From contig NC_043000.1 in assembly GCF_006345805.1 (NCBI RefSeq), positions 93,000,001-93,064,000 on the forward strand: 64,000 nucleotides of DNA. Direction: 5' to 3'. The translations under genes and the position numbers were made by a program. Positions 63,920 through 64,000 of this stretch are shown one piece after another. The notes under the pieces are model-generated. The model did not search any database. It saw only the letters and a list, made by a program, of their open reading frames with translations, and was not told the DNA's origin. This DNA comes from Octopus sinensis (Eukaryota). The first letter of the stretch is position 1, and every line of letters begins with the position of its first letter.

Positions 63920-64000
63920 TAGCAGCATTTCATCTGTCTTTACATTCTGAGTACAAATTCCAGAAATTGACTTTGTGTTCCATCCTTTCTGAGTTGATAA
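63920..64000 (+). mobile_element. SINE family B fragment running off the window
   Basis: TTAGCAGCATTTC..TTCTGAGTACAAATTCC..CATCCTTTC. Confidence 0.7.

Overview
AT-rich, repeat-saturated animal genomic DNA. The SINE families and (TA)n/(CATA)n/(TAA)n density suggest a coleoid cephalopod, probably Octopus (inference). No complete protein-coding gene is visible. The only recognisable host coding sequence is the C-terminal dsRBD of Dicer-1 plus stop (890-1096). It sits in an ~890-bp segment (892-1782) that splits a SINE copy, is flanked by a TGTGC duplication and ends in a (GAT)n-tailed element, so it looks like a 5'-truncated Dicer retrocopy; it also carries a 52-bp fold-back hairpin. The rest is several tRNA-derived SINE families (my labels A-F), decayed mariner and maT/DD37D transposons and MITEs, RLE-type LINEs (Dong/R4-like, HERO-like), RTE and Penelope-like (GIY-YIG) fragments, short (TA)n-embedded elements with minimal hammerhead ribozyme motifs, and many fold-back structures. 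Most ORF-track entries are microsatellite or repeat artefacts. Repeat boundaries are by-eye estimates.
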